This document shows, piece by piece, positions 14,354-27,637 of a stretch of DNA of 64,000 nucleotides. Source of the stretch: Podarcis erhardii (Eukaryota); NCBI GenBank assembly GCA_964252035.1, contig OZ176202.1. One strand, written 5' to 3'. Numbering within the stretch: position 1 is the stretch's first letter; each line of letters opens with the position of its first letter. Below the pieces are notes generated by a model. That model was given only the letters and a program-made list of their open reading frames with translations, was not told the origin of the DNA and searched no databases. The translations under genes were made by a program, and so were the position numbers.

Positions 14354-14464
14354 AGTTAAAACACCAATAATGTCTGTGAAGGCCAAGCAGGGTGAGGGTT
14401 GATTGTTGTGTTTTAATTCTTAAGAAAGAAAAGCTTAAGTACTCTTCCAAGCTACAGAAGTGAA

Positions 14465-14530
14465 GTGTGTGCGTGTGTGTGTGTGCGCGCGTGCGCGCAC
14501 GCGTGTGTGCGCGTGCGTGTGCGCGTGTGT
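14465..14530. repeat. Alternating purine-pyrimidine (TG/CG)n tract
   Basis: Direct read. Confidence 0.9.
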
Positions 14531-14757
14531 AGGCAGGATGGGTGGGTAGGTTGATTTGTACCCACACTGTAGCTGTTGTTTGTCTTTTCATTTCTGAATA
14601 TTCACTAGAGAGATTATGAGCACTCCTGTAAAACACCCTACTCTAAATCTGAATAATTGATTTGCATTTGGCTTTGATTCGAGCTGCAACGAAATAGCGT
14701 GTACAATTGTGAAATAACCAGTTCTTCAATTTTCCAACCCAAGTGTTCTTATCATTA

Positions 14758-15106
14758 CAGTGGTGCCTCGCAAGACAAAAAGAATCTGTTCCGCGATTCT
14801 CTTCGTCTAGCGGTTTTTTCGTCTTGTGAAGCAAGCCCATTGATGGATTAGCGGATTAGTGCTATTAGCGCTATTAGAGGCTTTTAGCGGCTTTTGGCGG
14901 CTTATCGGCTTAGCAGATAAGCGGCTTAGCGGCTTAGAAAAAGGGGGTGGGGAGAGGAAAAAAACCTGCAGGAACTCACAAGACATTTTCGTCTTGCGAA
15001 GCAAGCCCATAGGAAATTTGTTTTGCGAAGCGCCTCCAAAAGGGAAAACCCTTTCGTCTAGCGGGTTTTTCGTCTTGAGAGGCATTCGTCTTGCGGGGCA
15101 CCACTG
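14758..15106. mobile_element. Tigger/pogo-like MITE (CAGTGGTGCC TIR, TA TSD) with internal GCGGCTTA-type tandem array
   Basis: TA-CAGTGGTGCCTCGCAAGAC ... GTCTTGCGGGGCACCACTG-TA. Confidence 0.9.
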
Positions 15107-16011
15107 TAATGTGTTGTGGTATTTCTTGTGTCATTGCCTGTCCTTTGGAGTTGGCTAGATGGGTTGAAAACAGATCGGCCTTTTCTGTGGCGATAGCATC
15201 TCCATTCCATCTACCTCGCTTTCATTTCTATTCTTCTTTTGTATTGAGCTAGGCAATTTGATTTTGTTGACCTATCTGTTCTAGTCCTGCTAGAAAATGA
15301 AAATATATGAGCAATTTGTGTTCCATTTAAATATAGTCTTGACTTTTCTAAGAAGTAACTAGATAGACTAGGGGGAAATATGCTTTTTGTTGGATTGTCT
15401 TCTACCCTGATTCCAAATACATTTAATAAAAACCAAGTCCTATTTACTGGGAGAAAGGAGACACTGTTAAATGTTGTTCTGTTGTTATTTTTTAAATAGT
15501 GCTCTGTACACCATATGTTGTGAGTGAAGGATGCTGCGAAGGAGCAAAATTCATGTAAACAAGAGATTCCATAGATCGGGGTGGGGAACCTTTCTAGTCC
15601 AGCAGGATAGATCCTTCTCTGTTCCCAACCCTGTGCACCAACTTTGATCATTGGGCAGGACAATTCACTTGCCCTTCACCTGACATCATTAAGGTGTCAC
15701 ATTCTTGACAGACAGGCTATTTCACCCATCTATCAAAGTCCCTTACAGAGCACTTGCCTAGCATGCAACAAAGGGCTGGTAAAGCTGGAACAGGGTTGGA
15801 AAAGCTGCTTTCTTCAGGGATCAGCACAGTCAACTTTCCTACAAGAACTTGGTCATGTAGCCAACATCATATGTGGGCATGGTTTTGGAAAAATGGCCTT
15901 AAAGGCCAAACAGGGACCCATCCTGGGCCAAATTTGGCCTGTGGGCTAGAAATTCCTCAACATTGCCACAGATGGTGGAAGTTCTAGTATATATAGGTTC
16001 AAGCTGTCTAT

Positions 16012-16298
16012 CAGAAATTATTCCTCAACCTCGGCCAGATGTTTATGGCCTACAACTCACATGATCCTTAGCTAGCAAGACCACTGGTCAAGGATGATGG
16101 GAATTGGAGTTTCAAAACATCTGGAGGGCTGAGGTTGAGGAAGCCTGCTGTATAACATGGATGGGGAACATGTGACCCTCCTGATGTTGCTGAACTACAG
16201 CAAACTTCAGCCCCAACCAGCATGGCTGATGGTCAAAGATGATGGGAGCTGTAGTTCAGCAATGCCTGGAGAGCTACAGTACAAGTTCCCCATCCCTA
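16012..16298. mobile_element. Two adjacent palindromic hAT-type MITEs (16012-16147 and 16156-16298)
   Basis: Internal inverted repeats; first copy has a degenerate 8-bp TSD CTGTCTAT/CTGTATAA. Confidence 0.75.
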
Positions 16299-16892
16299 TA
16301 GAGCTTACCAACTCTTAGTTTTGTGGCACCATGTTCTATTGGTCTATCACATGACGTCAGTAGACTGCATTCCCATTTACACAAATTGTATAGACTGAAA
16401 TTTTTCAGATGGCACCATCTCAATGCCATATGCTATGTCCTCCCAAAGCTATAAGTGTAATTGATCCTGGCTATGGGATGTGCTATCAGTCGCCACCCAT
16501 TATTTGTCACCCAGAAAGGAGTTGCAGCACTCAAAATGAGTTGGCAAGCTTCAATTGCTCATGTAAGTCATTGTTATTACTCTCACAATAATATGCATAA
16601 TAACAGGTTAGGTTACCACGCAGTGTTTCTTGTTAGTATAGATTATAAAGCCTCTGCATAATGAGGGGGTGGCAAATCACCTTAATTTACATCCTGTACT
16701 TTTGTTCCCTCCAAGTTTATATGTCCTGTCATTTAGGGCAAGGCTGCCCTTTTTTACATAGAAAAAAAAGAAAGAACATTGCATTATGGGATGGTGAAGA
16801 ACAAAAAGCACGGCAGTCCTATTATGGAGCTTAACTTACTTGGTGACTTGCTAATTTTCATTCTTAAGATAGCAAATGCTCATCATTACAAG

Positions 16893-16896
<4 letters not shown>

Positions 16897-16973
<77 letters not shown>
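16897..16973. repeat. Compound (TG)n(AG)n microsatellite
   Basis: Direct read. Confidence 0.95.
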
Positions 16974-16977
<4 letters not shown>

Positions 16978-17252
16978 GCTCATATACTACAAGGAGCCCA
17001 GTGTATCTTTCTCATCTATTGATGGGACAAATCATGAGCCTGGGTTTGGACAGCATGCCAAGTGAAACCATGGCTTAGCTCACAGCTTTAGCTGCAGGAC
17101 CAGAGGAGGACCAGAGCAGTCACAATCTCCTCTCCAGGAGCCTGCACACTCACATTAAGCCATGGTTTGGCTTAGCATTATGTGCACTTAGCCAGAATGT
17201 TAGTATATATGCAGTTTAGAACAGGAAATTTTCCACCATGCATAACCTAGTC

Positions 17253-17388
17253 CAGGCAACCCCAACCTGCGGCACTCCAGATGTTTTGGCCTACAACTCC
17301 CATGATCCCTAGCTAACAGGGCCAGTGGTCAGGGATGATGGGAATTGTAGTCCAAATCATCTGGAGGCCCGAAGGTTGGGGATGCCTG
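17253..17388. mobile_element. Palindromic hAT-type MITE
   Basis: CAGGCAACCCCAACC...GGTTGGGGATGCCTG, 8-bp TSD ACCTAGTC/ACTTAGTC. Confidence 0.88.
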
Positions 17389-18859
17389 ACTTAGTCACTT
17401 CTATCATGTCCTTCCTTACTCTATCATGCCCACCCAACTTTTTTTTCTAAATTAAAACCCCCCAAATGTAACCTTTTCACATAGGGGAGTTGCTCCAATC
17501 CCTTTATCATTTTGGTTGCCCTTTTCTGAACATATCTCAGCTCTACAATTTTTATTTTTATTATATAAACCTTATAGACCTTATAGTTGCAGAGGCTGGT
17601 TGTGGCTCAGATAGATGTAAGTTTTGGGCAGATCTTTCAGTGGACATGGGGAAACCCTTTTGAGTGTAATTTTATGCACATTGGAAGCATTTTCCACCAA
17701 AGCGAATGGGACTGGCTTCTAAGTAAGTTTGGATAGGATTGCAGGATAGTGTCGTGTAGAGCTAGAAAACGGACCCACTTAAGTCCACAGGTGTATCAAC
17801 ATTATGCATATGCACTAAGGCTACTTACTTAAGTGTAAGGCGGGCACAACACTCTCTGGGTCATCCCATGAGTGTAAGCCTGTGGATTGCAGAGGGATTG
17901 GTGACATGGCCACTATCGCTGCACCCAGGAGGCCTTATAACAGAGACGAGGAAACTCATGCATCCCCAGACAGTTCCCCTGGGCTGTGGTGGGGTCATTT
18001 GCTCTGAGGCCTTTGTTGCTGTATAAGGAGTGGCTGTATAACCAACTGCTTGATGCACCTGAGCTTGGGGAGATGAGATGAGGGAGCCTATTCTGTCTCC
18101 TCTACCCCTCAGCAGACTGAAAGCCTTGGAGCATGTGCAGAGAGGCCTAAAACCATTCCAGGTTTGAGCAAGTTGGAGTGGAATGTAGCTGTTCCTTTAA
18201 CCTGTTTTCTCGCTTTGCTTTAAAACATTTAATTTCTTCCAGGCCTATGTGACACTTTGGGCAAGTTGAGGAGCAGATTGTGTTCTGGACAAACATGCCC
18301 AGCCCCTGTTCATGCATTCAATAATTGGAACTTTTATGGCCCTTCAACCTCAGTGTTTTATTGCCAGAAGAAAATTAGTTTGTATTCCTTTTAAGCTATT
18401 CCAGGTAATGATTTGCATATGTGACTGGAAGGACCTACGCTGACCCAGCACAGATCCCCAGAGGGACGCCTGAAGTAAACCAAGGCGATTTGCCTCAAGG
18501 GGATTTGGTTGGAGGATTGGAGAGAGTGTCTGGATAGCTGTCTTCAACTGCTTAGCACAGAGAAGACAGCAAGCATTGATTCTCCACAGCTGTTTTGTGG
18601 TGCAACAAATGCAAGCCTGACCCATTAGTCTGTTGGATTAGACCAGCAATTCACAAACTCTTGTCACAGTAGAATGGCTGGTACTAACAGAAGAAATAAA
18701 TTAGTTTAAAACATGAATTTGGTGTCCTGCGAGACAGAAAAAACCACATAAAGAAGATGCTGCCCTTGTTTTCTTCCACTGAGTCATATCTCTGCATCAG
18801 GTAATACTGAATTATTTGCTTCCAATGCAGAGATGCAGCAAAATTTAGAGGAGGGCCCA

Positions 18860-19084
18860 TGCTTCAGTGTGCTGGACTAGGCCTTGTGTCTTAAATAGAC
18901 CAGGGATTAAATCCCTAATCAGCCATGAAGCTCATTGCAGTGACCTAGGGCCAGCTACTGGCTCTCAGCCTAACCTACCTCACAGGATTGTTGTGAGGCT
19001 GAGATGTGGACAAGAAGAACCACATACACCACCTGAAGCTCCCTGGAGGAAAGGCACAATGTAAATATGCAAAATAAAATAAAA
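18860..19084 (+). mobile_element. Old MIR/Ther1-derived (Squam3-like) SINE
   Basis: CORE-like GTGACCTAGGGC...CTCAGCCTAACCTACCTCACAGG and AAAAT tail. Confidence 0.7.
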
Positions 19085-19225
19085 TAGAGCATATTCAAGG
19101 CATTCTTTGCATATAGAAGATGCTAGATTCAATCTCCAGCATGTCCAGGAAAACTCCTGCCTGCAAACCTGGACAGCAGCTGCCAGTCAGTGCAGACAAT
19201 ACTGAGCTACATAAGCCAGTGGTAC
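19085..19225 (+). mobile_element. Squam2-like SINE
   Basis: CTCCTGCCTG...GCTGCCAGTCAGTGCAGACAATACTGAGCTA. Confidence 0.7.
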
Positions 19226-20366
19226 AGAGACTGAAAGAAAACATGTTGGGGTGTAAGAGAGCAGCATGCTTCCAGTTTCAACTCGGGGGGGGGGGGGAGG
19301 AGTGCCAGCTTTCTGAAGTTTGCTAGACTCCTGTCGGTGCGGGATGGATTCTGGAGGCACCTCCCAATGTATGACTTTTTAACATTTCATTTCATTCTAT
19401 TTTAGCTTCTCAGTAACCGCTGTGTACTTTGGGGAGTGGAGGCATGAATCAAAATAAATTTAGCTGCTTGGCAGGTCAGCTAGTCTGTCTACAATTGGTA
19501 GAAATAGATTCTTAATCTGTGTGTGCGTTCCCTCCCCCCCCCCCCACACACAATTGCCTGCCCTTTTTTTGTGCTACAGTTGTAATCCAAATATGCAAAC
19601 TCCAGCTCTGTGTTTTCTGTGAGCAGAGAGCCTGAGAAATGATCCTGTTGTCCTACAGGGGCTCTGTTTCTTGTCATGTGTTAATGCAGCCAGCGTCATA
19701 TCAAATTTTAAAACGCCTGATTCAGAGGGCAGGAAGCTAAAGAAAGATCTTTGTGTTCACCAGCCAAGATGCCACACAAGGTGAAGGAAGCTTTGCCACT
19801 GGGCACTCTTAATTGTCACAGTATAGTTTTTTTGGCGTATGGTCAGCAGTCCAGTATTTACAGCTATTTGACATGCAGCTGCACACTCAACAGTGAACCG
19901 AAAAAGTTGTTCCTTGTAGGATGCATAGAAGCGTGTGAAACCAAGTATATAGAGCCAAACTGTATCTACTTGAAATTAGGTTCTGTAATGTGTATACAAA
20001 TAATATTTACCTTTGGAGTTTGAAGCACAGGGCCCTCTTAGCGCACACATACTACTTCTGTTACTCAGAATCTTCTTGGCAGATTCTGAGTAATCATTAC
20101 CCCTTTTCCTTTCATCCTTCATTTTCTGAATACCCTTGAATCATAAAAGCTAGCATATTATGGCTTTTCTCCCAATAACATGAATGTTGTCAGAGTAAAG
20201 GAGAACATAGTATGCTTTATACGAATGCCTAGAAAGAAGGCAGACAGAGAGGAAGGAGATAATCCCTTCATGAACCGAAGAACAAAATCAGACATCACTT
20301 TCCTCCAGAGTCCTGCTGAAGCCAATGTGTGCTTCTTGTTTGAACATTGATACTATTCCATTCATG

Positions 20367-20500
20367 GTTATTAGCTCAGTATTGTCAACACTGACTGGCA
20401 GCGACTCTTCCAGATTTTAAAATGAGAGTCTCTCTCCCAGTCCTAACTGGGGGGATACCAAGAATTGAACTTAGAAAGCATCTGATCTTACCACTGAGCC
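20367..20500 (-). mobile_element. Squam2-like SINE
   Basis: Reverse complement of the same body. Confidence 0.65.
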
Positions 20501-20859
20501 CTTTTTCTTAACTAACAGTTGCTTAAAATTTTAGTTGAGCTAGTAGGGACTCCTTTCTCTCTCATACACAATTCCTTCTTCTCATGTAAACACAGGCAGA
20601 TCTCTTGAGAAAACAGCTGAGAAAGATGTCAGCTGTTACAGCTACAAAAAATAAATACATAAATGAAGGAGTAGAAGGTGGAACATCCACCCCTTTCTGT
20701 TGAAGATACCTCTTAAAACGGAAAAAAAAACAAGGCCAGTTATGTGGCAGTTACTAGCTACTTCCATCAACACACCAAAAACATAGGTTGTCCCTTATGG
20801 GGTAACTTTCAGTCATCATAACCCACCCACCCCCACCCTATACGACTGTGGCAAGTAGT

Positions 20860-21029
20860 TAGGGTTGCCATATGTCTGGAATTTCCCTGACATGTCTGGG
20901 ATTTAACCGGTGAAAATAGCATCCGGGGGGGGGGGGGATTTTGGGGAATTGGCAAAATGAAACTTGAGTTTCATTTCCCTCAACAACTTTTGTGTCCTGA
21001 CTTTTACTTCTAGAAATATGGTACCCTTA
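20860..21029. mobile_element. hAT (Blackjack/MER53-like termini) MITE
   Basis: TAGGGTTGCCATAT...ATATGGTACCCTTA; 8-bp TSD CAAGTAGT/TAAGTAGT. Confidence 0.72.
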
Positions 21030-21176
21030 TAAGTAGTAGTACAACCCAGACAAACATTTGAAGGGTCAGCAAGGAGTTAGTGATGGTGTGTATTTCTGAC
21101 CATCTTTATTTGTCAAAGGACCGGAAATAACTAGACTGGGTTTACCTATCCAGGCACAAACTGTATTGCAGTTACA

Positions 21177-21440
21177 GAAGAAGAAGAAGAAGAAGAAGAG
21201 TTTGGATTTGATATCCCGCTTTATCACTACCTGAAGGAGTCTCAAAGCGGCTAACATTCTCCTTTCCCTTCCTCCCCCACAACAAACACTCTGTGAGGTG
21301 AGTGGGGCTGAGAGACTTCAGAGAAGTGTGACTTGCCCCCAAGGTCACCCAGCAGCTGCATGTGGAGGAGCAGAGACTCGAACCCAGTTCACCAGATTAC
21401 GAGTCTATCGCTCTTAACCACTACACCACACTGGCTCTCT
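21177..21440 (-). mobile_element. Young Squam3-like (Ther1/MIR-derived) SINE with (TTC)n tail
   Basis: GAGAGCCAGTGTGGTGTAGTGGTTAAGAGC head, GGTTCGAGTC B box, GTGACCTTGGG core. Confidence 0.88.
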
Positions 21441-21485
21441 ATGAATGGTCATCCATGCACAGTCTGGAGGAGCTGACATGTTAAG

Positions 21486-21532
21486 GAAGGAAGGAAGGAA
21501 GGAAGGAAGGAAGGAAGGAAGGAAGGAAGGAA
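21486..21532. repeat. (GGAA)n microsatellite
   Basis: Direct read. Confidence 0.95.
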
Positions 21533-24298
21533 AGCATTTGGTTATGCAGCAGTTTTATTTTTCTTAAGTGTTATTGGGCCTAGTCATTTGCCAACATGAC
21601 AAATTTTCAGTGGCATCTAGCAGTGTGTAATTTTGACCTAAAAATAGAAAATAGTGAGGTCAAGTACTAGTTCACCTATGAACATGCAGGGAGACCTTGG
21701 GCAAGTTCTTTCTCTGTGTCCCGTATGTACAACAAGAGCAGTAATGATTGTGAGTGGGATTGTGAAGGGGAGACAAATATAAATGCAGAACACTGGGATA
21801 TAAATGGTTAAGTAATAGTAACTATAATACAAAATAGCTAGATGGAATTAACTTTTCAATCGGCATCAGTTTACTGTTGGTTTGAAACTGCTACAACTTC
21901 TCTTGCAACTTAAGACTGAAGATCTGAGGAGCTGTTCAAGCATGCCTTCTTTGAGTATGTGTATGACACTTTTTATTCAGCTATTTAGTACTGCTGCTGC
22001 TGCTGACCATATTGAGGGTGCTTCTTTGGATGAACATGCATGAGAAAAGTTTGGTCTGAGAAGGTCATCTGTGGAGTTTGGGGTATAGGTGGTGGACCTC
22101 CGGTTAAACTGAAATGAGATTTATGACTAGGAAATGTCCAGAAGCTGTGGCCTAGCCTCCTGGGCTATGTATGCTCAAGTTTCAAGGCTCTTTTCAGGCG
22201 CGGTAGAGAACAAGGTTGTATAACACCAGACTGTGCAATTGACAGGCATCCTCATGATTGCCCAGGCCTCATAGAAGCACTGGGAACCTGACTTTCTGCC
22301 CTTGTGTGTGGCTGTACCTTCTGCAGATCAGGTGATATTGCAGATGCCCTCAGGGACTCTGGGTTGGAAAAACACCCTCCAGATCAACATTCAGATCTGG
22401 CCACCCACAGCTTCATCCTGCTGGAACACCTGGAAAGACCATTTACAGACCTGTTCATGGAGGAAATACAGGGCTGTTATGATACCTTTATAAGAACCAT
22501 ACTAGGAATTATTGCTTCTTTGGCTTTGCAGATAACGTTTTCAAATTTTTTCTAGTTGAAATATGATTTATCATTTTCATACATACAAAGAAATTTGTGT
22601 TTTGAATCCAAAGATAACTTTTTATGCTTATTTAATAAATGAATCTGATCACTGCACAGGCCTGCAATTTGAAGAATCTTTGTCATATCACACCACTTGA
22701 AAAGAATTGCAAAACTGATTTGGCTCTTTCCCCGCCATGCATCATGTTAGAGTTTTTAACAGGGTGGAAGTGGGGCATGTCCTGGAAATAATTATTCACC
22801 GCAATACCTTCTCATCTGGCCCTTCCAGTTCAACCGCAATTCAAGTGGATCTTACATCATGCTATTATTCTTTAGCATTAGGAGCCCATCCAGTAAATTT
22901 AGAAGCTAAAACATTCCTGAAGTTCCTTTGTGTACTTCTTTCTTGAAGTGTGTGCGTGTTCGTATGTTAGATGTTGTAATTCTGCAAAGTCTCTAAGGCA
23001 CAGAGCCCCATAGAGGGCACCCATACACGGTGAGAGTGACTAAACCAGGCCACTCATGTGAGCATCTCCTGAACATCTGGCCTGTGTTTAGCTAGAACCT
23101 TGTTGTACTGTTTTCTTAATTCTATTATCCAACATAAATGCTCTCTCTTTGAAATATCCTTTTTATAGTATATCTTGGTGTCAGATATTCTTTTATCAAT
23201 GGGCATAGAGCTGTCCTGCTTGTTATATCAAGGAGGGAGATTCACAGAGGGTCCGACAAGCTTTTAGTGTTTAAATAAGATCTCTCTGTCTCTGGGTGGG
23301 TGACCATATGAGACTCCATACTGAGGGCCTTCTAGAAACACCTTTGCTCCACAGTTGCCACAGTGTCCCACTTCTTTCTAAATGGCAATAAGGCTATGGT
23401 GTCATGATGTTACCTGTTCCGAGCCTTTGGAGATTCAATAGGTTGTAGGTACAAAAAAATAAAAAAACAAAACCTATTTCTCTTTCCAGGTACTGCCTCT
23501 TTCCCAGCATTATCACTTCAATGGGAGTGTTTGCTGTAGATCTGAGCTCAAACTCTGGATGACACATATTCAGGCAGTAGCATGTCTGAATAATGCTGAT
23601 CAGTTTTGTGAAGGCATTCTTTGGTATTGTTAGAAGCTATGGAATGGACTTAATTCAGAACTTCACAATAAACATCGAAATGAGAATGTATAAGGAAAAA
23701 CCACAAATGGGGGTGGGGTGGGGAGGGGAATAGGTCAAAGAAAGATCCATACATTTATTACCTGTTGGGCTGTTTCCAAACATTGGTAACAGCTGTTCCG
23801 TGGTGGTAGAAATTAGTATGATATAATTAAAAATGTTTGCATTCAAAGCATAATGGTGATCTGGTTAAAAATAACTAGTGGCGCTTGGTTTATTTGGTTA
23901 AAATATAAACTTGAACTCAATCTGTTTCTTTTAAAAAATGTTTCTGAATATGCAAAAGAGCCATGATAAAAAGAAAAGAAAAAAACCAAATGCTAGCTAC
24001 TTCCCCCTCTACTACCACCCCAATGAAGGGACACAAACTATTAAGCTGAAATGTTCTTTGTCTGTTGGCAACCAGAATGTAACATACTTTAAATTCTAGA
24101 GGTTTTAAAAATCAGATTATCTGCTCTCTGCAATGATAAACTAATTACATGTTTTAAATCTCATGGAACAGAGGTTCCTGTTTCTGATTTGTATTCGTAA
24201 TAGAAAAATCAAGGCCAGAGGTGGCTTAAAGCCTCTGGCTAGAAGGGCTATTATGTCATGCTAATTGTTGAAGGACCTGCACAGACCTACTAAAACAT

Positions 24299-24343
<45 letters not shown>
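24299..24343. repeat. (TG)n microsatellite
   Basis: Direct read. Confidence 0.95.
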
Positions 24344-24348
<5 letters not shown>

Positions 24349-24723
24349 TTTTGAGGGCAAGGGCACTCCTGCTAGCTGACTGGATGTGGATGGGTTTGCT
24401 CCTAGGTGAGATATTAGAGCACCCAAGTTGGGGGATTCAAGTTAACCTGGCTTCCAAGCATGAGGTGAAATGTAGGAAGCATAAATGCAGCCCATAATAC
24501 ATTTTTAGTATGATTGGTGGGTATATATTGTTTTTGCTTTCTTATGTTGTTTTGATGAACTTATTGTACTGTATGCTCATTTTATCTTTCTTTATATTAA
24601 TATGCTGCTCACTGCTTTGGGGGCCTTTGGTCCCAAAAGCAATGTATAAGTGAAACATAGCATAACATAACACTTCCCAGACTCAAAGTCCCTGAGCTTC
24701 AGAGCTAGTTCACATGTGTAATA

Positions 24724-25034
24724 CAGTGGTGCCCCGCAAGACGAATGCCTCGCAAGACGGAAAACCCGCTAGACGAAAGAGTTTTCCGTTTTGGAGGTGC
24801 TTCACAAAACGAATTTCCTATGGGCTTGCTTCGCAAGACGAAAATGTCTTGCGAGTTCCTGCGGGTTTTTTCCCCTTTCCCCCCCTTTTTCTAAGCCGCT
24901 TATCTGCTTATCCGATAAGCCGCTAAAAGCCGCTAATCCGCTAAGCCGTCAATGGGCTTGCTTCGCAAGACAAAAAAACCGCTAGACGAAGAGACTCGCG
25001 GAACGGATTAATTTTGTCTTACGAGGCACCACTG
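24724..25034. mobile_element. Tigger/pogo-like MITE, same family as 14758-15106, opposite orientation
   Basis: TA-CAGTGGTGCCCCGCAAGAC ... GTCTTACGAGGCACCACTG-TA; internal TAAGCCGC repeats. Confidence 0.9.
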
Positions 25035-27493
25035 TATTTAGCTTAAATAGTGTTCCAACTCAGCAACTTAAATGCTCAGTCTGGCCCATATCCAGCCAAC
25101 TTGGTCATTACTAAGGTGGCTTCCTATGCACACTTACCTTGGAGTAAGCCCCATTGAACTAAGGTCTTGTTTAGACATGCAGAATGAGGCAACAGAATGC
25201 TAAAGTGGTACTATGGATACCCATGTTGGATACCCAGCAAGTTTAGTCAACTAGTTATTCCTTGTACCCTCTTTTTTTCCATGCTACCTTTGGGAAGGGC
25301 TTCTGGGGGCATTTCTGGCTTTTTATATGTGAAGCACTCACACAATTGTGACAAAACTTTCAGATTCCTAAAGATAAACAAGTTTTTGCAAGTCCAGTTG
25401 CTCTCACTGTCATGGCTGAGGTAGCACACAGACACACCGCACTTGGCACAAGAAAAAAAAAAACCCTTCAGGATCAGGGTCTTTGAAACTTTGCTGACAC
25501 ACTGGTTTGATTAGTTTTAGTGTTTGTTCCCTGCCTAATACACAGCATTTCCTGTTATGGAATAGCTAGTTTAGTCACAATTTCCAAAGCTTACTGCTCT
25601 CAATAAAATGGGTAGATTTCATAACAGGAGGGCCAGCACTGACTCACCCTTGTAATTTTTCACATAAAACTTAACGCTTCTAACTGAGGAAAATAATAAC
25701 ATGGGAACAATACATTTAAGTGGATATAGAAAGAGGCCTTTGAATTGATCCAAATATGCAAACTACAGGATAGATTGTGTGTTGAAAAATAATAATTTTG
25801 AGATAGCAATTTGGTGTTTAAAATTTTAATTGAAGTTAAAGGTGTCCTCATACGCTGAGGGCTACAATCACAACAGCAAAATTCAGTCATGCATAATTTT
25901 GTTTGTATGCCACCTTTCTACAGTTCAAACCATGCTCAAAATGGCTTACAATGTGAAAATAATACATAAGTACAACACAACAAAAGAAGTCATAAACAAT
26001 AAATAAAACATTAAAAAGTACACAACCAAACTGTACAATTTCTACATAAATCACAATATCTAAAATAAAGATGCAAATAAACAACAGAAAACAGAAAACC
26101 CCAAACAATCCCACCCAATCACCATTCTTCTGCACTGTTCACACAAGATTCTTATATATAAAACACTTCCCCCCCCCCCATCAAGAATGTTCTGATTCAG
26201 CAAAAGCACCACCAGAATGTTCCACATTCCTCTCTTAATGTTTGTCTCTTCAGTTTGTTTCAAGCCCTCATTGGCTGTGCTCCCTTCACATACTAGAAGC
26301 AGTTGCTATAAAGAGCTGCTTCTCGGAAAAGCAAAGCAGGTTCATTTCTGGGAGAAAGTGCCATGTGCTGTGCCCAGTCACCACCACCATGTGCCCACAG
26401 GCTTTTAAACATATTTCAAGCGTGTCATGGGTTGACCCCGCAGAAAAGCAGCTTCCACACTGGGGCTTTAACATGTGCAGTAAAGGGGATCAGTTTAGCA
26501 ACAGAAGGTGTTGGCGTGGGTTGACAATTTGCTGAATTGATGTGTTTTAAGAACAAGGCGTCTTCTCGCCAATCACTCTGCTTCCCATCCCACCTAGAAT
26601 GGAAACAGATGACCACTTGGACATTTGCAACTCTTTCACATCAAAGTCTAGCTACACAGCCTATCTAAAATACTTTCAGGGCAGTGTGTGAAAGAGAAGA
26701 AACAACTCCAGGTGTTTGAAAGACAATTTACTTTTGGCCCCAAACATTTTGGAATAATCCAATGATGGCACATTTTGTATAGCTGACTATCAAAGTTGCA
26801 TGAACCACTACAGCGCCTCCTACTGATAACCCTTTATTTGAACTGCTGGAGTTTCTTCCTCTCCCCTCCCCCCATAGACTCTGGCCACAATGTGAGACAA
26901 GTATTACCACACATGTACCTATGGGGAAACTGTGGTGTTGGTGGTAATGCTTTGTCTCCGCAAACAGCACTTCTCTGTCCCTCCCCAGTCTTCATTCCTA
27001 TCAGGTTCCTCTTCTCACTGCAGTTTCTGTAGGAGGATGAATGGCAAAGGTTTACATTGGTTCCTTAGGATTCTTAGGTTCTTTAGGACCCGGTTCCTTA
27101 TCAAAAGCTCCTGAGAAAACACAGCTTGAAGGCTTGAACTTACAATGCTAGACATGCCCCTCAACTTTCTGAATAAGGTGAGCACTACACACAGGAGCAA
27201 TGTGTAAGAGAGCCATGGCCTACTTAAAAACAAAGGAAGACTTCCAGATGACCCTCTTACAAGCCCTCTCCTAACTGTGTGCTCCAGAGCTAATCCTACC
27301 AGTTCAGGGACTGACATTTTGAATCAAGTGCACGGTCCATTTTGCTTTGCGTTCACCTACAGACATCTACATTGGCCAGTTACACAGCCCAGGGATGCTT
27401 GCAAACATCTCTGTTTTATTTCAACGATGACTTTAAACTGGGATTTGGTCAAGGCTTCAAAGCATCTGCAGTCCTTATATAGGTCATGTTCAG

Positions 27494-27637
27494 CAGGGGT
27501 GGGGAACCTTTGACCCTCCACATATTGCTGGACTACAACTCCCATCAATCCTAGCAAGCATGACCAGCATGACCAGCAGCCTGGGATGATGGGAGTTGTA
27601 ATTCAGCAACCTCAGAGGGCCAAAGTTTCCTCACACA
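27494..27637. mobile_element. Palindromic hAT-type MITE
   Basis: CAGGGGTGGGGAACC start, GGACTACAACTCCC / GGGAGTTGTAATTC arms. Confidence 0.75.
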
